A DNA stretch of 64,000 bases from NCBI RefSeq assembly GCF_031292145.1, contig NZ_JARLHR010000120.1. One strand, 5' to 3'. The DNA comes from Clostridium sp. Lineage in GTDB: Bacteria; Bacillota; Clostridia; Clostridiales; Clostridiaceae. The position numbers and the translations under genes were made by a program. A model generated the notes under the pieces. The model was not told where the DNA came from. It searched no databases and saw nothing but the letters and a program-made list of their open reading frames with translations. Shown piece after piece: positions 1 to 10,046 of this stretch (position 1 is the stretch's first letter; every line of letters begins with the position of its first letter).

Positions 1-700
1 AATCTGTAGCCATTCCTCCACCTACTTTAAATGCCATTTTTACATTTAAACTTTTTAAAACATTAACAAAATCGTTGCTTGATTCACCAAATGGATATGC
101 AAAGTAATTTACCGGTTTGTTTGTCAAACTTTCAAGTTTAACGGTTGCCCCATTTACTCTTTTTGTTAGTTCTGCAGTCCCCAAATTTGCAATATGTCCA
201 TGTGTTGTAGAATGATTTTCCAACTCTATTTTGTTGTTTGCAACTGTTTTGAGTTGATTTTCGTTCATTATTCTAATTATATCTGATGGACTTCCCCAAG
301 ATGTTCCAATCTGATCTGTCACAACATATTCTGTAGAATTAAATCCATATTGTTTGAGTATAGGATACGCATTGTTATAAAAGTCTATTGTTGCACCATC
401 AAATGTTAAAAGAACTGATTTTTGGGGCATAGGAGCTTTTTTAGTAATAACGTTATAAAACTGATCATTAGTAAGCGTAGTATAACCGTTATCTTTTAAA
501 TATTTCATTTCCTGTTTAAATTCATTTAAGCCTATTTGCCATGTATCACTTACATTAGGATTTGTTTCGATTCTATGATACATTAGTACTGGAACTTTTA
601 CCGATGTTGCAGCATTTGCATTTATAGAAGTAGACACTGAAAAAAATAAACTTAATGCGATTGCTCCAACACACATTTTAATAATTTTTGATTTTAACAT
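1..700 (-). CDS. polysaccharide deacetylase (CE4) family protein; C-terminus runs off the window
   Basis: Open frame from ATG at 698-700 (RBS GGGGATGA) to the window edge. Has an N-terminal signal peptide (MLKSKIIKMCVGAIALSLFF) and CE4-like motifs LTFDG and NHSTTH. It is absent from the ORF track because no stop lies in the window. Confidence 0.7.
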   Translation of the reverse strand, partial: MLKSKIIKMCVGAIALSLFFSVSTSINANAATSVKVPVLMYHRIETNPNVSDTWQIGLNEFKQEMKYLKDNGYTTLTNDQFYNVITKKAPMPQKSVLLTFDGATIDFYNNAYPILKQYGFNSTEYVVTDQIGTSWGSPSDIIRIMNENQLKTVANNKIELENHSTTHGHIANLGTAELTKRVNGATVKLESLTNKPVNYFAYPFGESSNDFVNVLKSLNVKMAFKVGGGMATD

Positions 701-884
701 AATCATCCCCCTTTAACCTTTTTATATTCTTTTTGATAAGTTAGAAAACACTGCAACTTCTTATAATTATTGAAATTTGTATCTCCATTACGATTGACGC
801 CATCATTCATTTCATTTGGATACTTAATCAGCTCCTCATTCAATAGACTTATTAGGCATTTCTTAATACTTCTCTCACTTTGAC

Positions 885-2438
885 TTAAGATGTAAATTGC
901 CAATAATCCATATTAAATAAATTGCTTGTACTATTTCCAGTAAACTTAAAGAAAATATTGTGGACACCACTTACACTTTTTACATTACACTGCATTTCTT
1001 TCCATTGCTGCTCCCCACCTGTAGAGCTTACATTAAGAGTACCAATAAGTTGACCATCTAAACTATCCAGATGTATTTCTATTGTTCCACCTATAGTTGA
1101 TGCAATATTTGCTTTGAATGATTTAGCTCCTGTTCCAAAATCAGCTTTTGATACAGCAAGCCAATCTCCATTATTTATGCTTGTAACATCAAGATTAATG
1201 CTATTTACCATACTTCCCGGTGCTTGGCACTTTTCTGTTGAAATACCACCATTCCAACCAATTGTTTCAGCTTCAGTCCTTTTATACGGATTAAGATTAG
1301 CAACTTGAGATACACCTTGCATGTCTTCTTGTACATTTTTTATAAGCCCACTTCCATCATATTCAAGCTTATTAATATGCGGAGAACGATATCCTTTTGT
1401 AATTCCCATAGCCTTTCCAAGAGTCTGAGCATGATATGTTACATACCATTGATTATTAAATTGGAAAACAGCATGATGATTATTTCCACCTACTCCAAAA
1501 TAAGTTCCTGGATTTTTAAGGAAAGTACCTTTATAAGTAAATGGTCCCATAGGATTATCACTCATCATATAAGCAATTTCCCCTTGAGGTGGAGTTCCAG
1601 TTGGATGTGTACCAGAAAAATTAGAACAATATGAATAATAGTATTTGCCATTATATTTGTGAATACCAGAATCCTCAAACATAAAAGGAGCATCGATTAC
1701 TGATGCACTTCCACTAGTATGAATCATATCACTGTCTAATTTTATGACTCTGCCTGTTTTAGGATTTGCAATTTGACTTTGGGTAGGGCTACTTCCTCCT
1801 GGTATTCCTCCGCCAAAATATAAATAACCTGTTCCATCATCATCCACCAATACTGCCGGATCAAAAAGCCATACAACACCGCTGACTCCAGAAGTGCTAG
1901 GAGTAATAATAGGTTTTCCAAGAGGATCTGTCCATGGTCCTATCGGTGTATCTGCTGTAAGAACTCCAATGCCCCCTCCATTGTTTGCAAAATATAGGAA
2001 GAATTTTTCCTTACCATTAATAACCTTATGTGCAACAGCTGGAGCCCAAGAATTACTAGCCCATTTAGCAGCACCATTTAATCCTGCAACTGGAATTTCT
2101 CCACAATCCGTCCAATTTACCATATCATCAGATGATATAACAGTTATTGTCTTAATATTACTATAATTATTATCAATGATATTTCCTGCATTATCATACT
2201 CAAAGGCATCGCTGCTCATGTAAACGTATACTTTGCCATTATAAGTCATAACATATGGATCTGCTCCAAACTTTTGTGTAATAAGAGGATTAGAATTCAC
2301 AGGAATTTTTGCAAGTGCACTTGTACCTGAAGTTGATGTAGCTGTTGTTGTAACACTAGCATTTACTATAGATGTATTTAATCCAACGCTACATAATAAT
2401 GCCAAAGCCAATAAAAATGTACTTGATCTTTTTAACAT
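885..2438 (-). CDS. secreted glycoside hydrolase family 43 (arabinofuranosidase/xylosidase type) with C-terminal CBM6-like module
   Basis: 517-aa ORF with a signal peptide. The body reads as a GH43 five-bladed propeller (ADPY..YNGKVY, WAPAV, FEDSGIHKYNGKYYY). The C-terminal ~130 aa are carbohydrate-binding-module-like (RTEAE...DYWQF). Confidence 0.75.
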   Translation of the reverse strand: MLKRSSTFLLALALLCSVGLNTSIVNASVTTTATSTSGTSALAKIPVNSNPLITQKFGADPYVMTYNGKVYVYMSSDAFEYDNAGNIIDNNYSNIKTITVISSDDMVNWTDCGEIPVAGLNGAAKWASNSWAPAVAHKVINGKEKFFLYFANNGGGIGVLTADTPIGPWTDPLGKPIITPSTSGVSGVVWLFDPAVLVDDDGTGYLYFGGGIPGGSSPTQSQIANPKTGRVIKLDSDMIHTSGSASVIDAPFMFEDSGIHKYNGKYYYSYCSNFSGTHPTGTPPQGEIAYMMSDNPMGPFTYKGTFLKNPGTYFGVGGNNHHAVFQFNNQWYVTYHAQTLGKAMGITKGYRSPHINKLEYDGSGLIKNVQEDMQGVSQVANLNPYKRTEAETIGWNGGISTEKCQAPGSMVNSINLDVTSINNGDWLAVSKADFGTGAKSFKANIASTIGGTIEIHLDSLDGQLIGTLNVSSTGGEQQWKEMQCNVKSVSGVHNIFFKFTGNSTSNLFNMDYWQFTS

Positions 2439-2765
2439 TTTTTAATTTCCCCCTTATAAAATAATCTTTTTTGCTTAATTGGTAATATCATTACATATTA
2501 TTTCTGCTATAAAATCACCACCAATCTTTATAACTCGCATTCACACTACACATATCATTCATTGAATATTGACTTTTTATTCTCTTGCTGTTCAATAATA
2601 TGTTTAGCTATTCAGCTACTTAATTTAAGTACATATTAGAATATTTGTTAAGTTTAATCAATACATTTATCTCTAAACATACAAAATCGGGAACAAAACG
2701 CAAATAACGTCATTTTTACAAAAAATGTTTTTTTGTTCTGCAATGTATATGTTTTATTCCAATAA

Positions 2766-3004
2766 GGCACATGAAAGAAAATAATAGACCAAAGATGCTA
2801 TGAGATGTTCTTATATGCAGAAATGTTCCGTATTGCAGCATAGCTGCTCTTTTCATAAGTGCATAGCTGCTCTTTTTCAATGTGCATATTTTGTGTCAGG
2901 CAAGGAAGTAAATTCTGCTCATAGTGGGCTATTAGTAGAATTTACTGACGCAGTATGACGCGAAATAGACAAGCATACCGGTCTATTATTTTCTTGATTG
3001 TGCC
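2766..3004. mobile_element. family-A MITE-like hairpin element, copy A1 (long, with an internal 25-bp duplication)
   Basis: Ends GGCACATGAAAGAAAATAATAGAC / GTCTATTATTTTCTTGATTGTGCC, flanked by direct TAA/TAA. Conserved tip CTCATAGTGGGCTATTAG. Internal GCATAGCTGCTCTTTT occurs twice. Confidence 0.75.
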
Positions 3005-3105
3005 TAACATTATACTTTTATTAATTATAGTGTTACTAAGAAAAATAGATACTATTTATGACTACGCACAAAAAATGCTCCTTTATAATTAACTCCATTA
3101 ATCCT

Positions 3106-3163
3106 TAAAAAACAAAAATCATGAATGGCTTCAGGATTTTTCACCTTCATTCCATCCATGATT
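3106..3163 (-). terminator. rho-independent terminator at the end of the aro operon
   Basis: Minus sense reads AATCATGGATGG..loop..CCATTCATGATT followed by TTTTGTTTTTT, downstream of the tyrA stop. Confidence 0.6.
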
Positions 3164-3274
3164 CTTAATCAAGTTTTATTGTATTTATATTTATTTTTCC
3201 AAAGTGACACTTCATTCATAAAAGTTAGTGTAAAATTTTATGCAAAATTACATTAATGCACAACTTAAATATCA

Positions 3275-4108
3275 TTATAACTTTTCACGTCTCTTTGTAG
3301 ATTTCATAAATAATTTCTTTAAGGATTCTGTATCATTATCTTTGATTGCATCCTTTATTTTGTCCAATTCAGTTTCAAAATTTACTATAGATTTTAAAAG
3401 ATTCTCTTTATTCCCTAGGAAAAGCTCACTCCATAAATCTTCATTAATATTTGCTATTCTAGTTAAATCTCTATAACTGTCTCCAACAAAACTTCCAGTA
3501 TCTCTGCCTTCTACATCACTATTTACCAGTGCAACTGCTAATGCATGCGGTAATTGGCTTGTAAAACCTATCATTTCATCATGATATTCAGGTGTTATCC
3601 TTCTAACCCTCTTAAATCCTATTTCATATGCTAAGTTTTCTATAAGCTTAAGATTCTCTTCTTTATTTCTATCTACTGGAGTCAAAATATAATTCGCTCC
3701 CTTAAATACTTCACTAGTTGCGAAATCTATTCCTTTCTTTTCTCTTCCTGCCATTGGATGTCCAAAAACGAAATCAATATTTTCTGGTAAAATGTTTATT
3801 ATATCATCAATAAACATTTTCTTAATTCCAGTAGCATCCGTTATTACAGCACCATCCTTAAAATTTTCTCTATTATCTATAATAAATTTTTTAACTAACC
3901 TAGGATATAAAGAAATAATTATAAAATCTGCATTTTTAATTATTTCATCGCCATTTGTAAAACCTTCTTTTATTAATCCAAGGTTCTTAGCTTTCTCTAA
4001 AGATTCTTCATTGATATCTATGCCATATACATCATCATACCCTGCTTCTTTTAAAGCCATGGTAAATGACCCTCCAATTACTCCAAGACCTACAACTACT
4101 ATTCTCAT
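3275..4108 (-). CDS. tyrA: prephenate dehydrogenase
   Basis: N-terminal Rossmann motif VVGLGVIGGS and a TyrA-like body. Start moved to MRIVVVG, which sits 8 nt after AAGGAG. Confidence 0.8.
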   Translation of the reverse strand: MRIVVVGLGVIGGSFTMALKEAGYDDVYGIDINEESLEKAKNLGLIKEGFTNGDEIIKNADFIIISLYPRLVKKFIIDNRENFKDGAVITDATGIKKMFIDDIINILPENIDFVFGHPMAGREKKGIDFATSEVFKGANYILTPVDRNKEENLKLIENLAYEIGFKRVRRITPEYHDEMIGFTSQLPHALAVALVNSDVEGRDTGSFVGDSYRDLTRIANINEDLWSELFLGNKENLLKSIVNFETELDKIKDAIKDNDTESLKKLFMKSTKRREKL

Positions 4109-4153
4109 ATTCATAGCTCCTTTATTCCGTATATTTAACAAAATTATAAATTA

Positions 4154-4211
4154 GGCACATGAAAGAAAATAATAGACAAGTATGCTGATCTATTATTTTT
4201 TTGATTGTACC
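4154..4211. mobile_element. family-A MITE-like element, copy A2 (short form), followed by a partial right-arm fragment to about 4283
   Basis: GGCACATGAAAGAAAATAATAGAC...TCTATTATTTTTTTGATTGTACC flanked by TTA/TTA. Positions 4240-4283 resemble the right arm of copy A6. Confidence 0.7.
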
Positions 4212-4290
4212 TTAGTATACTAGCCTATTTCATCTTAAGACGAAACAGACTAGCATATCTGGTTTATTATTTTATTTTCTATACTCCCAC

Positions 4291-5304
4291 TTAAATTTCT
4301 TTACCTTCTATATTAGCTACTGCCTTAACCTTAGTCATTAATGCATCAAATTGATCTGGAGTAAGTGATTGTGGTCCATCACTTAATGCATTTTCAGGAT
4401 CATTATGAACTTCTATCATAAGACCATCTGCCCCTGCCATAATTGCTGCTTTAGCCATTGGTTCTACTAGGTAAGCATAACCTCCTGCATGACTTGGATC
4501 AACGATTATAGGTAAGTGTGATAATTTCTTTATTACTGGAATAGCTTGTAAATCTAATGTATTTCTTGTGATAGTTTCAAAAGTTCTTACACCTCTTTCA
4601 CAAAGAATTACATTTTCATTTCCACCAGCCATAATATATTCTGCTGACATTAACCATTCTTCTATAGTTGCTGATAAACCTCTCTTTAATAATATCGGTG
4701 TTTTAGTCTTACCAACTTGCTTTAGTAAATCAAAGTTTTGCATATTTCTAGCACCAATTTGAATCATATCAACTTCTTCAACAAAAGCATCTAAATAATC
4801 TGTTGACATAAGTTCTGTTACTATAGGAAGTCCTGTTTCTTTCTTTGCTGCTTTTAAAAGTTTTAATCCTTCAAGCTCTAATCCTTGGAAACTGTAAGGT
4901 GAAGTTCTTGGTTTAAATGCTCCTCCTCTTAAGAAGTTAGCACCTGCTGCCTTTACTCTCTTAGCTACTTCAATGATTTGTTCTTCACTTTCTACAGAAC
5001 ACGGACCTGCCATTATTCCAATTCTTCCTCCGCCAACTACTGATCCTTGAACATTAACTACTGTATCTTCTGGCTTGAATATTTTATTAGCTTTCTTAAA
5101 AGGTTCTTGAACCTTCATAACTCTATCTACACCTTTTAGAACTTGTATTTTTCTAGGATCTATTATAGAAGTATCTCCTACAACACCTATTATGTAGTAT
5201 GTCTCACCCTTGGATAGATTAGTTTCTAATCCCTTTGATTCAACTACTGCCTTTACCTTCATTACTTCTTCATCACTTGCTTTTGGGTTCATAATAATTA
5301 TCAT
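4291..5304 (-). CDS. aroF: 3-deoxy-7-phosphoheptulonate (DAHP) synthase, type I-beta, with N-terminal ferredoxin-like regulatory domain
   Basis: 337 aa. The KDO8P/DAHPS-like TIM barrel shows GPCSVES, KPRTSPY and DPSH motifs. It lies inside the aro operon. Confidence 0.85.
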   Translation of the reverse strand: MIIIMNPKASDEEVMKVKAVVESKGLETNLSKGETYYIIGVVGDTSIIDPRKIQVLKGVDRVMKVQEPFKKANKIFKPEDTVVNVQGSVVGGGRIGIMAGPCSVESEEQIIEVAKRVKAAGANFLRGGAFKPRTSPYSFQGLELEGLKLLKAAKKETGLPIVTELMSTDYLDAFVEEVDMIQIGARNMQNFDLLKQVGKTKTPILLKRGLSATIEEWLMSAEYIMAGGNENVILCERGVRTFETITRNTLDLQAIPVIKKLSHLPIIVDPSHAGGYAYLVEPMAKAAIMAGADGLMIEVHNDPENALSDGPQSLTPDQFDALMTKVKAVANIEGKEI

Positions 5305-5444
5305 TTTTACTTTCCTCCTGTACTTCTACTTTTGATTTTAATTTTTACTTTTCTACTGTACTCCTATACTACATTTTTAATATATTATTAGAAATAAACT
5401 AATGCTTATTAGCTATCTCTTAATATCTACTATTATATAATATA

Positions 5445-5885
5445 CTATTCAGACACTTTTTTCAATTCTAATGCCTTCATAGCCAATATATATCCAATTT
5501 CACCAAAACCACACATTTGCCCCATACAGGCTGGTGCAGTTACAGATTTTTTTCTAAAATCTTCTCTTGCATGCACATTTGATAGATGTACTTCAACTGT
5601 ATCAATATTAGTTCCTTTTATAGCATCGTGAATCGCATAACTATAATGAGTATAAGCCCCTGGATTTATTATTATTCCATCATAGTTCTCAAAATATGCT
5701 CTTTGTAATTCATTAATTATTTCACCTTCACAATTACTTTGAAATAACGTTATTTCATGGCCTCTTTTTTTGCCTTCTTCTTTAATATATTCACATATAT
5801 CTTCAAAAGATTTTGTACCATAGATACCTTTTTCCCTAACCCCAACCATATTTAAGTTAGGTCCATTAATAACCATAATCTTCAC
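5445..5885 (-). CDS. aroQ: type II 3-dehydroquinate dehydratase
   Basis: VINGPNLN...YTHYS...HLSN motifs. Start placed at the GTG (MKIMVING) after AAGGTGG; ATG 5876 is an alternative start. Confidence 0.85.
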   Translation of the reverse strand: MKIMVINGPNLNMVGVREKGIYGTKSFEDICEYIKEEGKKRGHEITLFQSNCEGEIINELQRAYFENYDGIIINPGAYTHYSYAIHDAIKGTNIDTVEVHLSNVHAREDFRKKSVTAPACMGQMCGFGEIGYILAMKALELKKVSE

Positions 5886-5920
5886 TTTAACACCACCTTG
5901 CACAATTAACAATTTATTTT

Positions 5921-6421
5921 TTATTCAAGAATTTTTTTCACTTCATCTACAGTTTCTCTTAGACCTTTATCATTATTAACTATTACATCCGCTGATAACT
6001 TATATAACTCGTAACGTTCTTCATACAGTTTAACTAATTTTTCTCTACCTTCTTTAAGTAGCGGTCTATTGGAAGTATCTATATCACTTAAAAGATCATC
6101 TAGAGGCCTATCTATAAAAATAATTAAAGCTTCTTTTTTTAATATTTCAATATTTTCTTGCCTTTTGATTACTCCACCTCCTGAAGAAATTAATATACTA
6201 CTTTTTTCAGATAATTCCTTACAGGCTAAAGTTTCAAAATCTCTAAAGTAATCTTCACCTTTTTCAAAAAGTTCTGGGATAGTTTTAGATGTCATATTTT
6301 CAATATACTTATCCATATCAAAATATTTAATATTTAACTCATCACTTACTAATTTGCCTATAGTGCTCTTTCCACAGCCAGGCATACCAATAAGCACTAC
6401 TTTATCTTTCACATTCACCAC
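5921..6421 (-). CDS. aroK: shikimate kinase
   Basis: 166 aa with Walker A GMPGCGKST and a size typical of AroK. Abuts aroE. Confidence 0.85.
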   Translation of the reverse strand: MVNVKDKVVLIGMPGCGKSTIGKLVSDELNIKYFDMDKYIENMTSKTIPELFEKGEDYFRDFETLACKELSEKSSILISSGGGVIKRQENIEILKKEALIIFIDRPLDDLLSDIDTSNRPLLKEGREKLVKLYEERYELYKLSADVIVNNDKGLRETVDEVKKILE

Positions 6422-7234
6422 CTATTTAAATTCATCTTGAAACATTGAATATAACTCTTGAGTTACTTCATCATTAAATGAATATCCTTGCCATATTTCT
6501 TCTGCTTTTATAGCCTGCCCAACTAACATTTCAATTCCACCACATACTTTTTTATTTAAAGCTTTTCCCATTCTTAAGAATTTCGTCTCCTTAGGGTTAT
6601 ATATTATATCTATTAAAGTTTCAAAATTATTTATTATCTCTTCATTTACAGGAGTCCCATCTATATGCGGATACATTCCAAGAGGAGTTGTATTTATTAA
6701 AATTTCTCCTTTTATATCTACTATTTCTTCATAAGATTTACTTACAATTCTTTCATCACTATAACCAATATTGTCTTTTTTATTTCTTGATACTAGATAA
6801 ATCTTTTTAATTCCTTCATCTAATAAATAAGTAATTACAGCCTTTGCTGCGCCACCATTCCCTAGTACCATTGCAATATTATCTTTAATATTAACATTAT
6901 GATTCTTAATTATAGTTCCAAAACCAAAATAATCAGTATTATACCCAAATAATTTTTTATCTTTTAAACAAATAGTATTAACTGCACCTATTTTCTTAGC
7001 TTCTTCTGATATAAAATCTAAGTACTCCATTACATATTGCTTATAAGGAATAGTTACATTTACTCCTTTTATCTTTAAGATTCTCAATGAATCTATAGCT
7101 TTTCCTAAATCTTCTTTTTCTACTTCAAAAAGCTTATATGCCCCCTGCATATTTAAAGCTTTAAAAAGTGTATTATGAATTTTAGGTGAAAGACTATGTG
7201 GCAACTTCTCTCCTATAAGTCCATAAAAATCCAA
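6422..7234 (-). CDS. aroE: shikimate dehydrogenase
   Basis: 270 aa with SLSPKIHN, NVTIPYK, NTD and GNGGAAKA motifs. Confidence 0.85.
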   Translation of the reverse strand: MDFYGLIGEKLPHSLSPKIHNTLFKALNMQGAYKLFEVEKEDLGKAIDSLRILKIKGVNVTIPYKQYVMEYLDFISEEAKKIGAVNTICLKDKKLFGYNTDYFGFGTIIKNHNVNIKDNIAMVLGNGGAAKAVITYLLDEGIKKIYLVSRNKKDNIGYSDERIVSKSYEEIVDIKGEILINTTPLGMYPHIDGTPVNEEIINNFETLIDIIYNPKETKFLRMGKALNKKVCGGIEMLVGQAIKAEEIWQGYSFNDEVTQELYSMFQDEFK

Positions 7235-7412
7235 ATTAATGCCCCCTTTTCAATGATTTGTTCCTTTATTGTGTATTGCTAATAAATTTCTTGGTTATAC
7301 TTAAAAATTTCTTGGTTGCACTCCGTGCTTTTTTTATATGTGTAAAAAATTTTTGTTGTGCTTAAAAGTTCTCAATTGTGCTTCGCACTCTTTTTAAAGG
7401 TGCGGATTTTTT

Positions 7413-8558
7413 CTAAGGTGTATATTTCCTATATCCACCAATTAACTTAAAGTAAGCACTGCTCTGTTCAATTAATTTTAAAGCCTTCGTTACTTTTTCG
7501 TCTTCAAGATTACCTTCAAAGTCAATATATAAGAAGTATTTCCAAGCACCCTTTTCCATAGGCCTTGATTCAATTTTCATCATATTTATATCATTTTCCG
7601 CGAAATGTCTTAATAATTTATATAGTGTACCTGCTTTATGTTCAAGAGAAAATACAACACTTACTTTATTACAACTTAAATCTGTTTCAAGATTTTTGGA
7701 TATTATTATAAATCTTGTTGAATTATCGCTTTGATTATTTATATTTTCTTTAATAATATCTAAATTATATATGCTGGCAGCCCTGTTACTTGCAATAGCA
7801 GCCTTTGACGTATCTTTCAAATCACTTATTAACTTTGCACTTACTGATGTACTATGAAAAGGTATAAGCTTCCAATGACTATAATTTTTTAAAAATTCAG
7901 TGCTTTGCTGCATTGGTTGTGGATGTGAATATACTTCTTTAATGGTATCTAAGGTTGTACCTTTAACACCAATTAAATGTTGATTTATTTTAATGCATTC
8001 TTCTCCAACAATGTAAAAACCATATTTATATAAAAGATCATAAACTTGTGCAATACCACCTGTTGATGAATTCTCTATTGGTACAACTCCATAATCAATT
8101 TCATCATTTTTTACTGCTAGAAATACATCTTCAAATTCATTACATTCTTTAGGATTTTCTACAATACCAAAATATTTTAGCATTGCTTCTTCACAAAATG
8201 ATCCCGAAACTCCATAGAATCCAATCTTACCTTGCTTTTTACCTTTAGCTTCTAATGAATCCATATTTTTTTCTAAAGTTCTTTCTGCTTCTAGCATTTT
8301 TCTGCTTTGCAACTCTCTAGCAACTTCCATTAAACCTATAAAAAACTTTCTTGTTTCTTGTGCATAATCGCTATTTTTTAAGTATTCTACATTTTTCTCA
8401 ACAACTTCATCTTCTCTACTCCTATTGAAAATTGGTAAGTTATTAATTTTTTTATAGTTACCTATTTTAATTACTGTATCCATACGTTCTTCAAAAAGCT
8501 TAGTTATTTCTTTATCTATTTCATCAATTCTATTCCTATAATTATCTATATCTGACAT
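7413..8558 (-). CDS. pheA: bifunctional chorismate mutase / prephenate dehydratase (P-protein) with ACT domain
   Basis: N-terminal CM type-2 helix (RNRIDEIDKEI), a PDT core (ESRP motif IESRPM) and a C-terminal ACT-like region. Confidence 0.8.
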   Translation of the reverse strand: MSDIDNYRNRIDEIDKEITKLFEERMDTVIKIGNYKKINNLPIFNRSREDEVVEKNVEYLKNSDYAQETRKFFIGLMEVARELQSRKMLEAERTLEKNMDSLEAKGKKQGKIGFYGVSGSFCEEAMLKYFGIVENPKECNEFEDVFLAVKNDEIDYGVVPIENSSTGGIAQVYDLLYKYGFYIVGEECIKINQHLIGVKGTTLDTIKEVYSHPQPMQQSTEFLKNYSHWKLIPFHSTSVSAKLISDLKDTSKAAIASNRAASIYNLDIIKENINNQSDNSTRFIIISKNLETDLSCNKVSVVFSLEHKAGTLYKLLRHFAENDINMMKIESRPMEKGAWKYFLYIDFEGNLEDEKVTKALKLIEQSSAYFKLIGGYRKYTP

Positions 8559-8600
8559 TTCACACTCTCCACACTCTTTTAATTAAATTGACAATTATTA

Positions 8601-8759
8601 GGCACATGAAAGAAAATAACAAGTCCAAAATGCCATGATTATTTTTCATCAGACAAGGAAGCAGGTTGGTCTCATAGCGAGCCTATTAGGGCAATCTGCT
8701 GACGCAGTATGATGGAAAATAGGCTTGGCAGATGGACTTGTTATTTTTTTGATTGTGCC
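8601..8759. mobile_element. family-A MITE-like element, copy A3 (full length, about 160 bp)
   Basis: GGCAC...GTGCC ends flanked by TTA/TTA. Tip CTCATAGCGAGCCTATTAGG. Lies between pheA and aroC inside the operon. Confidence 0.8.
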
Positions 8760-8972
8760 TTAATGCACAATTATAAGTTCATAGTTCACAATCATTAATG
8801 TACAATTTACACTTATAAGTTTATATTCCACACTTATGTAGCTGAATTTTAAAAGTCAAAATTTATCTTTTACGTTTAAGTATTAAACGCTGCTCTGGCA
8901 AACCTTATATTTTGTTCCTAGCACTTTCTGCTTTAGTCTATTTCTTAATTTTGAATTTATGATTATGCATTT

Positions 8973-10046
8973 TTATAAAATCAAATCAAGTATTCCTATT
9001 GCAGTTACTGCCTCAATTACTGGAACTGCTCTTTGTACTATACATGGATCATGTCTTCCTTCAATTACGAGATCTGTTTCCTTCTTTTCTGCAATGTCTA
9101 TTGTTCTTTGAGACGTTGATATTGATGGTGTTGGCTTTATTCCGACTTTGAATAATATTGGCATTCCATTAGTTATACCACCTGTGATTCCACCATTATT
9201 ATTTGTGTAAGTCTTTACTTGATCTCCATCATAATAGTATTCATCATTACACTCAGAACCTCTAAGCTTAGTCATCTCAAAGCCTTTTCCAAATTCTATT
9301 CCCTTAACTGCCGGAACAGAGAAGATTAAATGAGCTAAAGTAGATTCAACTGAATCAAAAAATGGATTTCCTATTCCAGCATTAATTCCAAGTACAGTAC
9401 ATTCAATAGTTCCACCTGTAGAATCTTGTTCTTTTCTTGCCTTAAGGATAGTATTTCTCATTTCCTCTTCTTTTTCTGGATTCAAAAGAGGCAGTTCCTT
9501 TATCTTTAAGTCACCCAAAAGTTCCTTACTTAATTCAACATCATAAAAACTCTTATCTTCAATATCCCCTATGCTCTTAACATGAGCTCCTATAACAATC
9601 CCTTTTACTTCTAAAACCTGCTTACATACGGCTCCCGCAAATACTAATGGTGCAGTAATTCTCCCCGAGAAATGCCCGCCTCCTCTGTAGTCATTAAATC
9701 CATTATATCTAATGAATCCAGGATAATCTGCGTGTCCAGGTCTCATTAAGTCCTTAAGCTTTCCATAGTCCTTCGAATGCATATCTGCATTTCTTATTAC
9801 TGCACAAAGAGGCGTGCCTGTTGTTTTCCCTTCAAAAAATCCACTTAAAATTTCAGGCGCATCGACTTCTTTTCTTGCAGTAGATAAATTGCTCTTACCT
9901 GGTGCACGACGAGCCATCTCTTTCATAACTTCTTCCATGTTAATTTCAATGCCAGATGGAAGTCCATCAATAGTAATCCCTATTCCTACTCCATGAGATT
10001 CACCAAAAATAGAAACCTTTAATTTATTGCCCCACATTCCACTCAT
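8973..10046 (-). CDS. aroC: chorismate synthase
   Basis: FGESHG and GRHDPC motifs. Start moved to ATG (MSGMWGNK), 7 nt after AGGAGGTG. Overlaps the aroA stop. Confidence 0.85.
   Translation of the reverse strand: MSGMWGNKLKVSIFGESHGVGIGITIDGLPSGIEINMEEVMKEMARRAPGKSNLSTARKEVDAPEILSGFFEGKTTGTPLCAVIRNADMHSKDYGKLKDLMRPGHADYPGFIRYNGFNDYRGGGHFSGRITAPLVFAGAVCKQVLEVKGIVIGAHVKSIGDIEDKSFYDVELSKELLGDLKIKELPLLNPEKEEEMRNTILKARKEQDSTGGTIECTVLGINAGIGNPFFDSVESTLAHLIFSVPAVKGIEFGKGFEMTKLRGSECNDEYYYDGDQVKTYTNNNGGITGGITNGMPILFKVGIKPTPSISTSQRTIDIAEKKETDLVIEGRHDPCIVQRAVPVIEAVTAIGILDLIL

Noticed and set aside
703-903. 66-aa minus-strand ORF between the deacetylase and GH43 genes
   Set aside because: It overlaps the GH43 stop region and the deacetylase RBS, has no SD and has no recognisable features. 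It is probably intergenic.
1114-2166. Plus-strand track ORFs 1114-1308, 1305-1634 and 1894-2166
   Set aside because: They lie entirely antisense within the well-supported GH43 gene, have low-complexity translations and lack an RBS. They are shadow ORFs. The same applies to the other antisense ORFs nested in clear genes: 3240-3476, 3792-4154, 4568-4762, 6069-6251, 9814-9996, 10350-10553, 17588-17863, 18188-18409, 20556-20762, 21686-22003, 22139-22351, 23137-23325, 27175-27444, 30108-30353, 31102-31506, 31849-32160, 32362-32559, 32705-32902, 36564-36884, 37918-38256, 38057-38242, 38781-39065, 39697-39879, 42452-42652, 43206-43436, 43485-43733, 45080-45298, 51121-51336, 51379-51618, 52725-52913, 58215-58418, 60082-60264, 60772-61158, 61711-62019, 63441-63692 and 63650-63931.
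5305-5444. UAG/GAG-rich stretch upstream of the DAHP synthase gene as a possible TRAP-binding site
   Set aside because: Only about 6 triplets are present, with irregular spacing. TRAP sites need 9-11 triplets with 2-3-nt spacers, and no mtrB-like gene is seen.
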